Positions 19,171 to 28,271 of a stretch of 64,000 bases of DNA are shown piece by piece (within the stretch, counting starts at the first letter, position 1; every line of letters starts with the position of its first letter). This DNA is from Candidatus Micrarchaeota archaeon (lineage in GTDB: Archaea; Micrarchaeota; Micrarchaeia; Norongarragalinales; SBBD01). The stretch spans positions 1,400 through 65,399 of the forward strand of contig JAZDGU010000018.1 of assembly GCA_043806595.1 (NCBI GenBank), in the 5' to 3' direction. The position numbers and the translations under genes were made by a program. Below the pieces are notes generated by a model. The model was not told the origin of the DNA and searched no databases. It was given only the letters and a program-made list of their open reading frames with translations.

Positions 19171-20438
19171 ACGCGTCGGCGATCCTCAAGGACGGGAACG
19201 TGGACTCGGCAAAGGAAGGCGGGGAGGAAAACCTCGCGGTGCGGGTGTACGCGGGCGGTGCCTCGGGATTCTCGGTCACCAACCAGCTGGAGAAGGCCGG
19301 CGAGGCTCTGCGGAGGGCGGAAACCCTCGCCCGCGCCCGTAAGGGGAACGCGCGCCTGGCAAAGCCCGAGGTGCACGACGCGGATTCTGTTCTGCGGCCT
19401 AAGAAGGACGCGCTTCACGAGCCAATGGAGGAAAAGATCGCGAGGCTCAAGGAATATTCAAGGGAAGCGAGGAAGGGCAAAGTATTCCGCGTGCAGGCTA
19501 CGCTGACCGCGGCAGAATTCGAGAAGTTTTTCGCGAACTCCGCGGGGTCGAGGGTGGACACCTTCGAGCCGCGCATTGTATGCACGGTCCACGCCTTCGC
19601 CAAGGACGGGGGAAGGACGGAGAGCTCGTTCCATCAGATGAAGGCAAGGGCCGGCGCGGAAGCGCTCGAGGAAATGCACGCGAAGGCCGGGGAGGCTGCA
19701 GGCGAGGCCAACCTCCTGCTAAAGGCCGGGGAGGGGCCGAAGGGAAGGATGACGGCCGTGCTCGACTCCGAGCTTGCCGGGGTCATGGCGCACGAGGCCG
19801 TAGGGCATGCGTGCGAAGCCGACGAAGTGCAGGCCGGCGGGTCCATTCTCAAGGGAAGGCTCGGCCGCAGGATCGGTGCAGGAGCCGTAGATATAATGGA
19901 TTCGCCGGCGCTCGAGCCGCGGCTCTGGGGAAGCTATGAATACGACGACGAGGGCACGAAGGCGAGAGGAACGGCGCTCATGGAGCGGGGAGTGCTCAAA
20001 TCGTTCCTGACGTCGCTCGAGACCGCGACCGAGAACCGGGGCAGGCTTACGGGAAACGCGCGCGCCGAGCCCGGCCGCAGGCCGCTCGTGCGCATGACGA
20101 ACACGCACTTCGGCAGGGGCGATGCCGAAGTCGACGAGCTCTTCCAAGGCGTGCGAAAGGGAGTATACCTCGTCGGGTGCAAGGAGGGGCAGGTGTCGCC
20201 TAAGAGCGGCAACTTCACTTTTGCTGCCAAATACGGCTATGTTATTGAAAACGGGGAGAGGAAGCGGCTGTTCAAGGACTGCAGCATCAACGGCAACATC
20301 TTCGACGCGCTGCACGAGGTGAGCCTGGTCGCAAGCGACCTTGCGTTCACGCCGGGGACGTGCGGCAAGGAGAGCCAGGGGGTGCCCGTGACAACCGGCA
20401 GCCCGCACCTGCTGATAAAGAACATCCTCGTCGGGTGA
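19092..20438 (+). CDS. tldD: TldD/PmbA family metalloprotease
   Basis: HEAVGHACEAD zinc motif and C-terminal GSPHLLIKNILVG, both typical of TldD. Confidence 0.8.
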   Translation: MAFDFDRFARKLERYEYAEAVLSRTAYASAILKDGNVDSAKEGGEENLAVRVYAGGASGFSVTNQLEKAGEALRRAETLARARKGNARLAKPEVHDADSVLRPKKDALHEPMEEKIARLKEYSREARKGKVFRVQATLTAAEFEKFFANSAGSRVDTFEPRIVCTVHAFAKDGGRTESSFHQMKARAGAEALEEMHAKAGEAAGEANLLLKAGEGPKGRMTAVLDSELAGVMAHEAVGHACEADEVQAGGSILKGRLGRRIGAGAVDIMDSPALEPRLWGSYEYDDEGTKARGTALMERGVLKSFLTSLETATENRGRLTGNARAEPGRRPLVRMTNTHFGRGDAEVDELFQGVRKGVYLVGCKEGQVSPKSGNFTFAAKYGYVIENGERKRLFKDCSINGNIFDALHEVSLVASDLAFTPGTCGKESQGVPVTTGSPHLLIKNILVG

Positions 20439-20609
20439 CGAAAGCCGAAAAAAATGCCGGATAAAAAGTACGTCAGGCGTGCGGCCGGCCAATGTTTTTC
20501 CCCGCCGGAGGATTTTGTGCGAGGCCGGGAAGGGGGGAGGTCAAAATCCCATCCCGCGCCATCCATTTGCCTCAAGCCAAAGGCAGTCCCGCACCGGAAA
20601 CTCGGCGAC

Positions 20610-20622
20610 AAAAAAAATAAAA
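20610..20622 (+). promoter_or_regulatory. A/T box (caaaaaaaataaa) 26-38 nt upstream of the SRAP gene ATG
   Basis: AT-rich element at TATA distance. Confidence 0.3.
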
Positions 20623-20647
20623 GCCCGGCGGGCGCACAGATTGTTCC

Positions 20648-21349
20648 ATGTGCGGAAGGTTTTCGCTGACGGTCCCGATACGCAAGCTGCAGGAGCACTA
20701 CGAGGCCAGGAGGGTCAGCGAGGAGGCCGCCAAATGGAAGCCATCGTACAATATCGCCCCGGCCCAGCTTGCGCCCGTTGTTGTCCGGCAAACCGGCGAC
20801 GAGACCGCAACCGAAATTATCCTCGCGAGATGGGGATTTGTACCTGCGTGGGCGGAAGACGCCGCAGCCGGCGGCAGGATGATAAACGCGCGCGCGGAAT
20901 CCGTCGCGGAAAAGCCGGCGTTCCGGAAAGCGTTCAATGCAGGCAGGTGCCTCGTGCCGTTCACGAGCTTCTTCGAGTGGCGCAAGACCGCCGGAAGCGC
21001 GCACAAGACGCCTTTTGCCGTCGGATTCGGCGACCGCAGGATCGCGTCGTTCGCGGGAGTGACGGAGGAAAACGCCAAGCTGGGCGTGAGGACGTTCACC
21101 ATCGTAACCACGGAACCCAACGCCGTGGTGAAGCCAATACACGAACGCATGCCAGTCATCCTCGATGCCGCAGGCGCTGGGAAGTGGCTGGACCCGGAAA
21201 CCGATGCAGTGCAGGCGTCGTCACTGCTCAAGCCGTTTCCCGCGGTGGGCATGCTTGCGTGGGAGGCCTCGCCGCGAGTCAACTCGCCGGCGTTCAACGC
21301 GCCCGAGGCAATGCTTCCCGCCCGCTCCCGGCAGGAGACGCTCGGCTGA
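20648..21349 (+). CDS. SOS-response-associated peptidase (SRAP/YedK/HMCES family) abasic-site sensor
   Basis: Begins MCGRF with the catalytic Cys2, and has a conserved SRAP core (SYNIAP, RMINARAE, PFTSFFEW). Confidence 0.8.
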   Translation: MCGRFSLTVPIRKLQEHYEARRVSEEAAKWKPSYNIAPAQLAPVVVRQTGDETATEIILARWGFVPAWAEDAAAGGRMINARAESVAEKPAFRKAFNAGRCLVPFTSFFEWRKTAGSAHKTPFAVGFGDRRIASFAGVTEENAKLGVRTFTIVTTEPNAVVKPIHERMPVILDAAGAGKWLDPETDAVQASSLLKPFPAVGMLAWEASPRVNSPAFNAPEAMLPARSRQETLG

Positions 21350-21387
21350 CCCCCTTTATCACCGTTCCGTTTTAATACCAGTCATGC

Positions 21388-21966
21388 ATGCATTTGCGTA
21401 TGGCAAAGGCAGGACGCAAACCGCGGGCGAAGACCAAGACGGGAATGAAGAGGATAGAGGCGAGGAGGCTCCCGATACTTCCCGAATCCGCGCGCGCGTT
21501 CTCGTGGCTGCACCTGGCAGGGTTCATACTCCTGTGCGAGCTCGCGGGAATCGTCGGCGCCGTATTCACCACGCCGAACATCCCGACGTGGTACGCGGTG
21601 CTCGCGAAGCCCGCGTGGACGCCGCCGAGCTGGGTATTCGGCCCGGTGTGGACGCTGCTGTACGCGCTCATGGGAATCGCGGCCTACATGGTTTACCGCC
21701 AGCCGGAGAGCGCGGCAAGGTCATTCGGCGTGCGCGCGTTCTCCGTCCAGCTCGCGCTCAACGTGCTCTGGAGCGCGGTGTTCTTCGGCCTGCAGTCGCC
21801 GGGCACGGGCTTTGCGGTAATCGAGCTGCTGTGGTTCGTCATCGCGGCGTGCACGCTCGTGTTCTGGAGGGTTTCAAGGCCTGCGGCCCTGCTCATGGTG
21901 CCCTACCTGGCGTGGGTGACGTTCGCTGCGGCGCTCAACTACGCGGTCTGGATTCTCAACCCGTGA
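21388..21966 (+). CDS. tspO: TspO/MBR tryptophan-rich sensory protein
   Basis: WYAVLAKPAWTPPSWVFGPVWTLLYALMGIAAY and five TM helices. The true start is probably the internal Met (MKRIEARRL). Confidence 0.75.
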   Translation: MHLRMAKAGRKPRAKTKTGMKRIEARRLPILPESARAFSWLHLAGFILLCELAGIVGAVFTTPNIPTWYAVLAKPAWTPPSWVFGPVWTLLYALMGIAAYMVYRQPESAARSFGVRAFSVQLALNVLWSAVFFGLQSPGTGFAVIELLWFVIAACTLVFWRVSRPAALLMVPYLAWVTFAAALNYAVWILNP

Positions 21967-22011
21967 GCGTGCAGAGGCACGACGGAGTATTTTTATTTTT
22001 GGAGGTGCTGA

Positions 22012-22314
22012 GTGGAAAAAGTGGGGTGGAATTTAATGGTCTGTTATGCCGTGCCGCTGTCCGCGGCAATCCTGCTGCATGCCGCGAGGAAAAAAGGAAG
22101 GCTCAAGGGCGAAGGAATCGGCCGGTTGAACCTGCTCATGGCAGGAGGCGCCGCCTTTGGAGTCGTCGACCACTGGTGGAACGGCGAGCTGTTCCTCTTC
22201 GGGCCCGGAATGGGCGCGGACCTCGCGCTGGGGTTCGTCATCACCGCGGCAATAGCCGGGTTCTGGGCCGCGTCCGAAATCCTCTCGCCCGCGCCGCAGG
22301 CCGCTAGGACTTAG
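22012..22314 (+). CDS. Small membrane protein
   Basis: Two hydrophobic helices. Low information. Confidence 0.3.
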   Translation: MEKVGWNLMVCYAVPLSAAILLHAARKKGRLKGEGIGRLNLLMAGGAAFGVVDHWWNGELFLFGPGMGADLALGFVITAAIAGFWAASEILSPAPQAART

Positions 22315-23143
22315 CCCAGCGGTGGTTGGGATTGCGGGGAGTGATTATCCACATGATGATGTAGAGGACTATTCCCGCGCCCCACGCGAGCGAAAGGAGG
22401 ACCCACACGAGCCGCACGATGGTCGGGTCGATTCCGAGGTATTCGGCGATGCCGCCGCAGACTCCGCCCAGGATTTTCTCGTTGCCCGAGCGGTACAGCC
22501 TCTTGCCCTTGATCGGGCTCGCGGTCGACGACGCGGGCCTACCCGACTTTTCCTTCATTGCCATGTGACCACCCCTTTCGATGCACCGCCCCCGGCGGCG
22601 ACAGACTGCAACGCCCAGGAGCACGCCGAAATATCCTATCAGAGCGAATAACGCGAATACGCCAAGCAGGTGCGAGTTGACGAGCACCGCGAGGTCCCAC
22701 ACATCCGCGTTGCTAGCGAAGACCTCACCCTCGAGGACAAGCGAGGAGAAGATCCACGCGATGACCGCACACGCCATGCCGAAGGAAACCGGCCAAAGCA
22801 GCCGGTTGGCGGTCCTATTCGCGCGCGAGACGAACTCGATGAGTGAGGACAGCGCGGTCAGGAGCACGAAGGCCGCGAAGTTCTCGTAGAAGAACCTGCC
22901 GAGGGCGCCGAGAACCTGTATGCCGGTCTGGGCGTACGTCCAGCCGAGCACCCAGATGGCGAAGGCGAGGCCCAGGATGCCGAGGACGAACGAGAACACC
23001 GCCGACCAAGGCGAGTAATACCAGCGGCCGAAGCGGCGCTCCACGTGATCGCCGAAGCCCTCGCCGATGCAGCGCATCTCATCCCGAGCCTCGCGCGCCC
23101 TGCGCTTGAATTCGGCCTTTTGCTGCGAACGCTTTCTTGCCAC
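22304..23143 (-). CDS. PspC-domain membrane protein (polytopic N-terminal part plus C-terminal PspC domain)
   Basis: C-terminal LYRSGNEKILGGVCGGIAEYLGIDPTIVRLVWVLLSLAWGAGIVLYIIMWII is a canonical PspC domain. It could be two genes with an internal start at MAMKEKSG. Confidence 0.55.
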   Translation of the reverse strand: MARKRSQQKAEFKRRAREARDEMRCIGEGFGDHVERRFGRWYYSPWSAVFSFVLGILGLAFAIWVLGWTYAQTGIQVLGALGRFFYENFAAFVLLTALSSLIEFVSRANRTANRLLWPVSFGMACAVIAWIFSSLVLEGEVFASNADVWDLAVLVNSHLLGVFALFALIGYFGVLLGVAVCRRRGRCIERGGHMAMKEKSGRPASSTASPIKGKRLYRSGNEKILGGVCGGIAEYLGIDPTIVRLVWVLLSLAWGAGIVLYIIMWIITPRNPNHRWAKS

Positions 23144-23228
23144 GGATGACCTCCGTGAAAACTCACTGGCGACCCCTTAAATAAAGGGCTAGGTTTGGCA
23201 ACCAGCGGGCAACTTCGAGGCACGACGG

Positions 23229-23837
23229 CTAGGGCTCGCTTAGGACGATCTTCTTCGTCATGCCGAACGGGAAGGTCTTCACGACCTTCTTGGCCTCCAG
23301 CCTTCGCAGGACGCGGAAGGTCTTGACCGGGGAAAAGCCCGTGCGGACGCAAAGCTGCCTCTGCGTCGACTCGCCGCCCTGCCGGACCAGCTCGTCGTAG
23401 ACGGACTTCTCGTCACCGGTGAGAAGCGACGAGGTCACGAACTTGCGCGTCTCCTTGTGCTCCTGCCGGTTCACGTGGCGGAGGACGAAGAAGCCGTTCG
23501 CCAGCAGGAGCGCGCCTACGAGCAGTATGCCGAGGGACTGCGGCGAGAACACGAGGGAAAGCGGGTCGGCGACTCCGCGAGGCCTGTCGAAGCGGTCGCG
23601 GCCGAAGTCCTGGACGGCCGAGGCGTTGAAGCCGGGAACGGTGGCGGAATCGGACACCGCGGGAGCCGCGAAGCGCTGGGATTCCGGGAACAGGGGAAGG
23701 AACTCGTGGCGCCACACGGCGAAGTAGACGAACGCGAAGTATGTGATTACCAGGAAACCGCCGGCAATCAAAGTCAGGTATCCGAGGGCCTTGAGTTCGC
23801 GCATAAGCATGCCACCGCCACCCCCTTTCTGGGGCAA
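23229..23837 (-). CDS. Membrane-anchored winged-helix transcriptional regulator (MarR-like C-terminal HTH)
   Basis: Two TM helices followed by an HTH (SVYDELVRQGGESTQRQLCVRTGFSPVKTFRVLRRLEAKKVV). Confidence 0.5.
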   Translation of the reverse strand: MPQKGGGGGMLMRELKALGYLTLIAGGFLVITYFAFVYFAVWRHEFLPLFPESQRFAAPAVSDSATVPGFNASAVQDFGRDRFDRPRGVADPLSLVFSPQSLGILLVGALLLANGFFVLRHVNRQEHKETRKFVTSSLLTGDEKSVYDELVRQGGESTQRQLCVRTGFSPVKTFRVLRRLEAKKVVKTFPFGMTKKIVLSEP

Positions 23838-23861
23838 TTTGGGGAAAAGCTTAACTACCGC

Positions 23862-23913
23862 TTATTTCAGGTCATTACATATTACAGGTTATTTCACTAA
23901 ACCTATATATATT
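23862..23913. promoter_or_regulatory. Divergent promoter region: direct repeats TTATTTCAG / TTATTTCAC plus TATA box cctatatatatt upstream of the ABC ATPase gene
   Basis: Repeats at 23862-23870 and 23889-23897. The TATA box lies 29-40 nt before ATG 23942. A possible operator for the adjacent regulator. Confidence 0.35.
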
Positions 23914-23941
23914 GTTTCCGCCATAGTATGGGAAAGAGGCG

Positions 23942-24676
23942 ATGCGCTTGCCGGCAAGGGATGGCCACGTAATCCGGTTCGAGAAGGTCGTGAAGGAGTA
24001 TTCGCTTGGCAAGCGCAAGCTCCGCGTGCTGGACGACATCAGCTTCAAGGTGGGCCAGGGCGAGTTCGTGGCGGTCATGGGCCCGTCGGGGAGCGGCAAG
24101 AGCACTATGCTCCAGATGATGGGATGCCTGGACAGGCCGAGCGCCGGGAGGGTGGTCATCGACGGCGAGGACTCGAGCGCGCTCTCGCCCAACGGCCTCG
24201 CCGACATACGCGCAAGGAAAATCGGCTTCGTATTCCAGGCCTTCAACCTGCTGCCGAACATGACCGCGCTGCAGAACGTCGAGGTCGCGATGACGATAAA
24301 CGAGGTGCCACGAAGGGAGAGGCTGGAGAGGGCGCGCAGGCTCCTGCGGGTCGTCGGCCTCATGGACCGGGAGAACCACAAGCCGAACGAGCTCAGCGGC
24401 GGCGAGAAGCAGAGGGTGGCGATAGCGAGGGCGCTCGCCAACAAGCCCGCGTTCCTCCTCGCCGACGAGCCCACTGGCAACCTCGACTCGAAGTCCGGGA
24501 ACGAGGTCATGGAAATAATCAAGAGCCTTTCGAAGCAGGGCGCGACGGTCATTATCGTCACGCACGAGCCCGTGGTGGCGCAATACAGCCACAGGACCAT
24601 CCGCCTGAGGGACGGGAGGATAGAGTCCGACGGGACCACGGCGCGCCTGCGCAAGGAGGACCTGAAGCTGAAATGA
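23942..24676 (+). CDS. ABC transporter ATP-binding protein, MacB/LolD/FtsE-like
   Basis: Walker A GPSGSGKST, signature LSGGEKQRVAIARAL, Walker B FLLADEPTGNLD. Confidence 0.9.
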   Translation: MRLPARDGHVIRFEKVVKEYSLGKRKLRVLDDISFKVGQGEFVAVMGPSGSGKSTMLQMMGCLDRPSAGRVVIDGEDSSALSPNGLADIRARKIGFVFQAFNLLPNMTALQNVEVAMTINEVPRRERLERARRLLRVVGLMDRENHKPNELSGGEKQRVAIARALANKPAFLLADEPTGNLDSKSGNEVMEIIKSLSKQGATVIIVTHEPVVAQYSHRTIRLRDGRIESDGTTARLRKEDLKLK

Positions 24677-24683
24677 GGGGTGC

Positions 24684-26009
24684 ATGAACATGAGGAACTG
24701 GATTGCGGGATTTTTCGTGCTGGCGATGCTTGCGGCGCAGGCCTCGGCGGTGACCTTCAACGTCACGCGCTCGGGGGCTTACACCGCGTCCGGCTTCGGC
24801 ATAACCGAAGTCCAGCAGACCCCGGACAGGATATACCCCGGGGACGAGGTCAGGCTCAAGTTCTCCATCCAATCCAACGACCCCGAAGGCGCCGGTACCG
24901 TGGAATTGAACGTGCTCGCGCCGTTCCTGCCCGACACGAGCAACTACCTGCTCGGCGACATGAATAAGAACGAGCCCAAGGACGTGACCGTGAACTTCGT
25001 CGTGCCCGCGAACACCAACCCGGGTTCGTATTACATGTATATATATACGACGAGCAAGTACGGGTCGCGCGCGCAGGTCGCCGAAATCCCGATAACCATC
25101 AACGAGCTCTCGCTCTCCAACGCGCTCGCCGCATCCGTAGGCGATATGAAGGAGGTCTACGCCGGCGACTCCGTCGAGATGCCCATCGAGATTCGGAATT
25201 ACGCCGAACTCGGCGTCGAGGACGTCATCGTGCAGATGAAGTTCGACTCCGGCAACGCGCTGACGCCAATCGGCTCGGACAGGCAGCACATCGACGCCAT
25301 CGCCGCGGGAGAAAGCGGGACGGCGCCGTTCAAGGTCGGGGTCAACCCCTCGGCAACCGCGGGCTACTACCCATTGACGATCTACGTCAGCTACAAGATC
25401 GACCGCCAGCAGCAGCCCCAGGTGAACCAGACGTTCGGCATCCGCGTGCTCTCCCGCACGGCGCTGCTCATCACCTATGACACCGCGGCATCGGCCACGG
25501 GCACCTCAGGTGCCTCGCTCGTGGTGACCGTCGCAAACGTCGGCGACACGCCCGTGCGCGGGGTCTACATCTCGGCCGAGTCCGACAGCTTCGACTTCTC
25601 GGGGGCGTCCGACAAGTTCATCGGAACCCTCAACCTCGACGACTCAGCTAGCATCTCGCTCGCGCCGACCGCAAAACGATCCGCGTTCGTTCCCGGGCAG
25701 GCGCAGGACGGCACGCAGGCGCAGCAGGCTGCGGGCTTGGCACAGGGCGTCATAACGGTCAAGGCCGTCTACAAGGACGCGCTCAACGTCGAGCACACGC
25801 AGTCCATCGACGTGCAGTACAGGCCGCAGGGTCTTGCCGCCGACTCCGCCAACGGCCAGACTGGGGCATTGAGCAACCAGCGGTTCGGCCGCAGGACGCA
25901 GGGCTACACCATACTCGGAATAGACGTACTCTACATAGGAATCGGAATCGCGGCGCTCCTCGTCGCGTTCTTCGGCTGGAAGTGGTACAAGAGGAGGGAC
26001 AAGAAATGA
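24684..26009 (+). CDS. Secreted beta-sandwich repeat protein (COG1361/S-layer-domain-like) with C-terminal TM anchor, partner of the MacB-type ABC
   Basis: Signal peptide, repeated Ig-like segments, C-terminal TM plus basic tail (WKWYKRRDKK). Positioned in the typical archaeal three-gene arrangement with the ABC ATPase and FtsX permease. Confidence 0.55.
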   Translation: MNMRNWIAGFFVLAMLAAQASAVTFNVTRSGAYTASGFGITEVQQTPDRIYPGDEVRLKFSIQSNDPEGAGTVELNVLAPFLPDTSNYLLGDMNKNEPKDVTVNFVVPANTNPGSYYMYIYTTSKYGSRAQVAEIPITINELSLSNALAASVGDMKEVYAGDSVEMPIEIRNYAELGVEDVIVQMKFDSGNALTPIGSDRQHIDAIAAGESGTAPFKVGVNPSATAGYYPLTIYVSYKIDRQQQPQVNQTFGIRVLSRTALLITYDTAASATGTSGASLVVTVANVGDTPVRGVYISAESDSFDFSGASDKFIGTLNLDDSASISLAPTAKRSAFVPGQAQDGTQAQQAAGLAQGVITVKAVYKDALNVEHTQSIDVQYRPQGLAADSANGQTGALSNQRFGRRTQGYTILGIDVLYIGIGIAALLVAFFGWKWYKRRDKK

Positions 26010-27280
26010 AGCTGTATGACGCGGCGGCGCTCTCCATCGGCAACATGCGCGGCCGCAAGCTGCGCTCGTGGCTGACCGTGCTAGGCATAGTCATCGCCGT
26101 CGCGTCGATAGTAGTGCTCATCTCGCTCGCCAACGGCGTCAACCAGCAGGTCAGCTCGCGGCTGAACATGCTCGGCAACGACATCATCCAGATTACGCCC
26201 GGCGCGGAACGCGCTACCCGCACCGGCGGGGGCGGAGGAGGATTCGGCATCCCCGTCGGCGGGGGTTTCGGCGGCGGCGGATCCTCGGGCGGCGGCTTCG
26301 TCCAGCGCTTCGGCGGCGAAGGCCTCGGGGAATTGAAGTTCAGCGAGGCCGACGACATCAAGCTCATCGACGGCGTGTCGAGCGTGGATGCCCGCATTTC
26401 AGGCCGCGTGCGGTCGACCTTCAAGGGCAAGAACGCGTCGCTGACGGTGACCGGCATCGACCCCGCGGCATTCAACGAGATGATCACAACGAGCGTGCTG
26501 CAGGGCAAGCTCCTCAATCCCAGCGACCGGTATTCCGTGGTCCTCGGGTACCGGGTGTCTACCGGCACCTTCAGCGGGGAGGACCTGCTCAACCGGCAGA
26601 TAGTCATCGGCGGCTATTCGTTCAGGGTCGTCGGCATACTCAACCAGACCTCCGGCTCCATGCTGACCTCCGACAACTCCGTCTACATCCCCATAGAAAT
26701 CGCTAAGCAGCTGCTCAACGAGACCGAGAACGCCCAGCAGATATACGTGAAGGTGAAGCAGGGCACGACCGCCGACGACGTCGCGCTCCTGATCCAGAAC
26801 AAGCTCCTCGAACTGCACAGGCTGGGCGCCGACCGCGCGGACTTCACGATAACCACGGCGTCATTCTTCCAGTCCGCGATAAGCGACATCACGGGCACGC
26901 TCGCGCTCTTCCTCGGCGGCATCGCCGCGATTTCCCTGCTCGTGGGCGCGATAGGGGTCGCGAACACGATGTTCATGAGCGTCCTCGAGCGCACCAAGGA
27001 AATCGGAATCCTCAAGGCGCTCGGGACAAAGGACTCGGAAATCACGGCGATGTTCCTCATCGAATCCGCGGCAATCGGCGCCGCGGGAGGTTTCTTCGGG
27101 CTCGCCCTCAGCATCGCAGTATCCGAGATATTGAAGTACTTCAACGTCCCGACGCTGATCACCGTCGAGCTCATGGCGGGCGCGCTCGTGTTCTCCGCGA
27201 TAGTCGGCATCGCCGCCGGCGCGATCCCGGCGCGCAACGCCTCCAAGCTCCAGCCCGTCGAGGCCCTCAGGTACGAATAA
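25982..27280 (+). CDS. ABC transporter permease, FtsX/MacB family
   Basis: N-terminal TM, a large periplasmic MacB_PCD-like domain with a Gly-rich insert, and a C-terminal FtsX 3-TM bundle (GIGVANTMFMSVLERTKEIGILKALG). The start is probably MKLYDAAALS at 26006. Confidence 0.85.
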   Translation: MVQEEGQEMKLYDAAALSIGNMRGRKLRSWLTVLGIVIAVASIVVLISLANGVNQQVSSRLNMLGNDIIQITPGAERATRTGGGGGGFGIPVGGGFGGGGSSGGGFVQRFGGEGLGELKFSEADDIKLIDGVSSVDARISGRVRSTFKGKNASLTVTGIDPAAFNEMITTSVLQGKLLNPSDRYSVVLGYRVSTGTFSGEDLLNRQIVIGGYSFRVVGILNQTSGSMLTSDNSVYIPIEIAKQLLNETENAQQIYVKVKQGTTADDVALLIQNKLLELHRLGADRADFTITTASFFQSAISDITGTLALFLGGIAAISLLVGAIGVANTMFMSVLERTKEIGILKALGTKDSEITAMFLIESAAIGAAGGFFGLALSIAVSEILKYFNVPTLITVELMAGALVFSAIVGIAAGAIPARNASKLQPVEALRYE

Positions 27281-27299
27281 GAAAGAGAGTGAACAAGCC

Positions 27300-27758
27300 A
27301 TGGCATCCTCCAAGGTCGTCGCCTCGCTCGTCGCGCTTGCAGCCATCGCATCCGTACTGATGATGGGATGCGTGCAGGAGGGCAACGATGGGCCCGGCGG
27401 CGGGCAATTCAACGGCAACCCGCAGGACGGCCAGCAGCCCCAAGGCTTCCGCAACGGTACGGGACCGCGCGGCTTCGGCAACGGCACCGGGCCGCGCAAC
27501 ATGACGATTGAGATGTGCAACAGCGTCGGCACGGTCGTTCCCGCATCCTCGGAATGCCCTGAAGGGCAGATGAAGACGCCGGCGCTTTCCGACGACCAGC
27601 AGAGCGCCTGCTGCGTCGACCGCTCGAGGTTCCCCGGCAACTTCACGGGCAACCGCTCGGACAGGCCGCCGGGCAATTACTCCGGCGGATTCCGAAACCG
27701 CTCGGGCTACCCGGGCGCGCAAGGCAGCGGCAGCCCCGCCTCCGGCTATCCCGGGTAA
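27300..27758 (+). CDS. Small secreted Gly/Pro-rich lipoprotein
   Basis: Signal and lipobox-like LMMGCVQE, the same C-region as the FKBP lipoprotein. Confidence 0.45.
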   Translation: MASSKVVASLVALAAIASVLMMGCVQEGNDGPGGGQFNGNPQDGQQPQGFRNGTGPRGFGNGTGPRNMTIEMCNSVGTVVPASSECPEGQMKTPALSDDQQSACCVDRSRFPGNFTGNRSDRPPGNYSGGFRNRSGYPGAQGSGSPASGYPG

Positions 27759-27811
27759 ATACCTTCAAGCGGTAATGATTGGGCATGCGGGTCTGGAAGG
27801 CAATCGGTTAA

Positions 27812-27851
27812 CGAAAAAAAATCAGGGCGGAAAAAAGGCACAAAAAAAAGG
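27812..27851 (-). terminator. Multiple oligo-T runs (minus strand) after the small Cys-rich gene
   Basis: Three A-runs on the plus strand (27814-21, 27831-36, 27843-50) give T-tracts directly downstream of the minus-strand stop at 27865. Confidence 0.4.
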
Positions 27852-27864
27852 AAAGGGGGAAGGT

Positions 27865-28191
27865 TCAGCCGAAGACTTCCTCCATCTTGTCCTCCAGCGC
27901 CCCGGCCTTCTTTTCGTGCTCGGCCTCTGAAGCGTGGCTCTCCTTCGCAAAGTCCGCTATGGCATCCGCCAGAGCGTCTAGCTGCTTGCCGTAAGCCTTC
28001 CCGATGCGCTCGCGGATCTTCTCGTGCAGCAGCTGCTTCTTCGCCCAGTGAGCCATCATTTCAGCCTTGTCGGCCATCGACGGCTCGCAGCAGCCTCCGC
28101 CTTGCGCGCCGCAGTCGCCTCCGCCGCAGCAGCCGGCTTCATCTTCCCCTTCGTTGCCTTCAACGGTCTCTTCTTCGTCCATGCAAACCAC
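27865..28191 (-). CDS. Small acidic Cys-cluster protein
   Basis: 108 aa. N-terminal CCGGGDCGAQGGGCC cluster, then an amphipathic helical region. Confidence 0.4.
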   Translation of the reverse strand: MVCMDEEETVEGNEGEDEAGCCGGGDCGAQGGGCCEPSMADKAEMMAHWAKKQLLHEKIRERIGKAYGKQLDALADAIADFAKESHASEAEHEKKAGALEDKMEEVFG

Positions 28192-28271
28192 CCTCTAGGA
28201 TTGAATGCTTTTTAGGGTTATTGCGGCGGCCGGGTATATAGGTATGGTTTAACCGGCCGGTTCAGGACATG

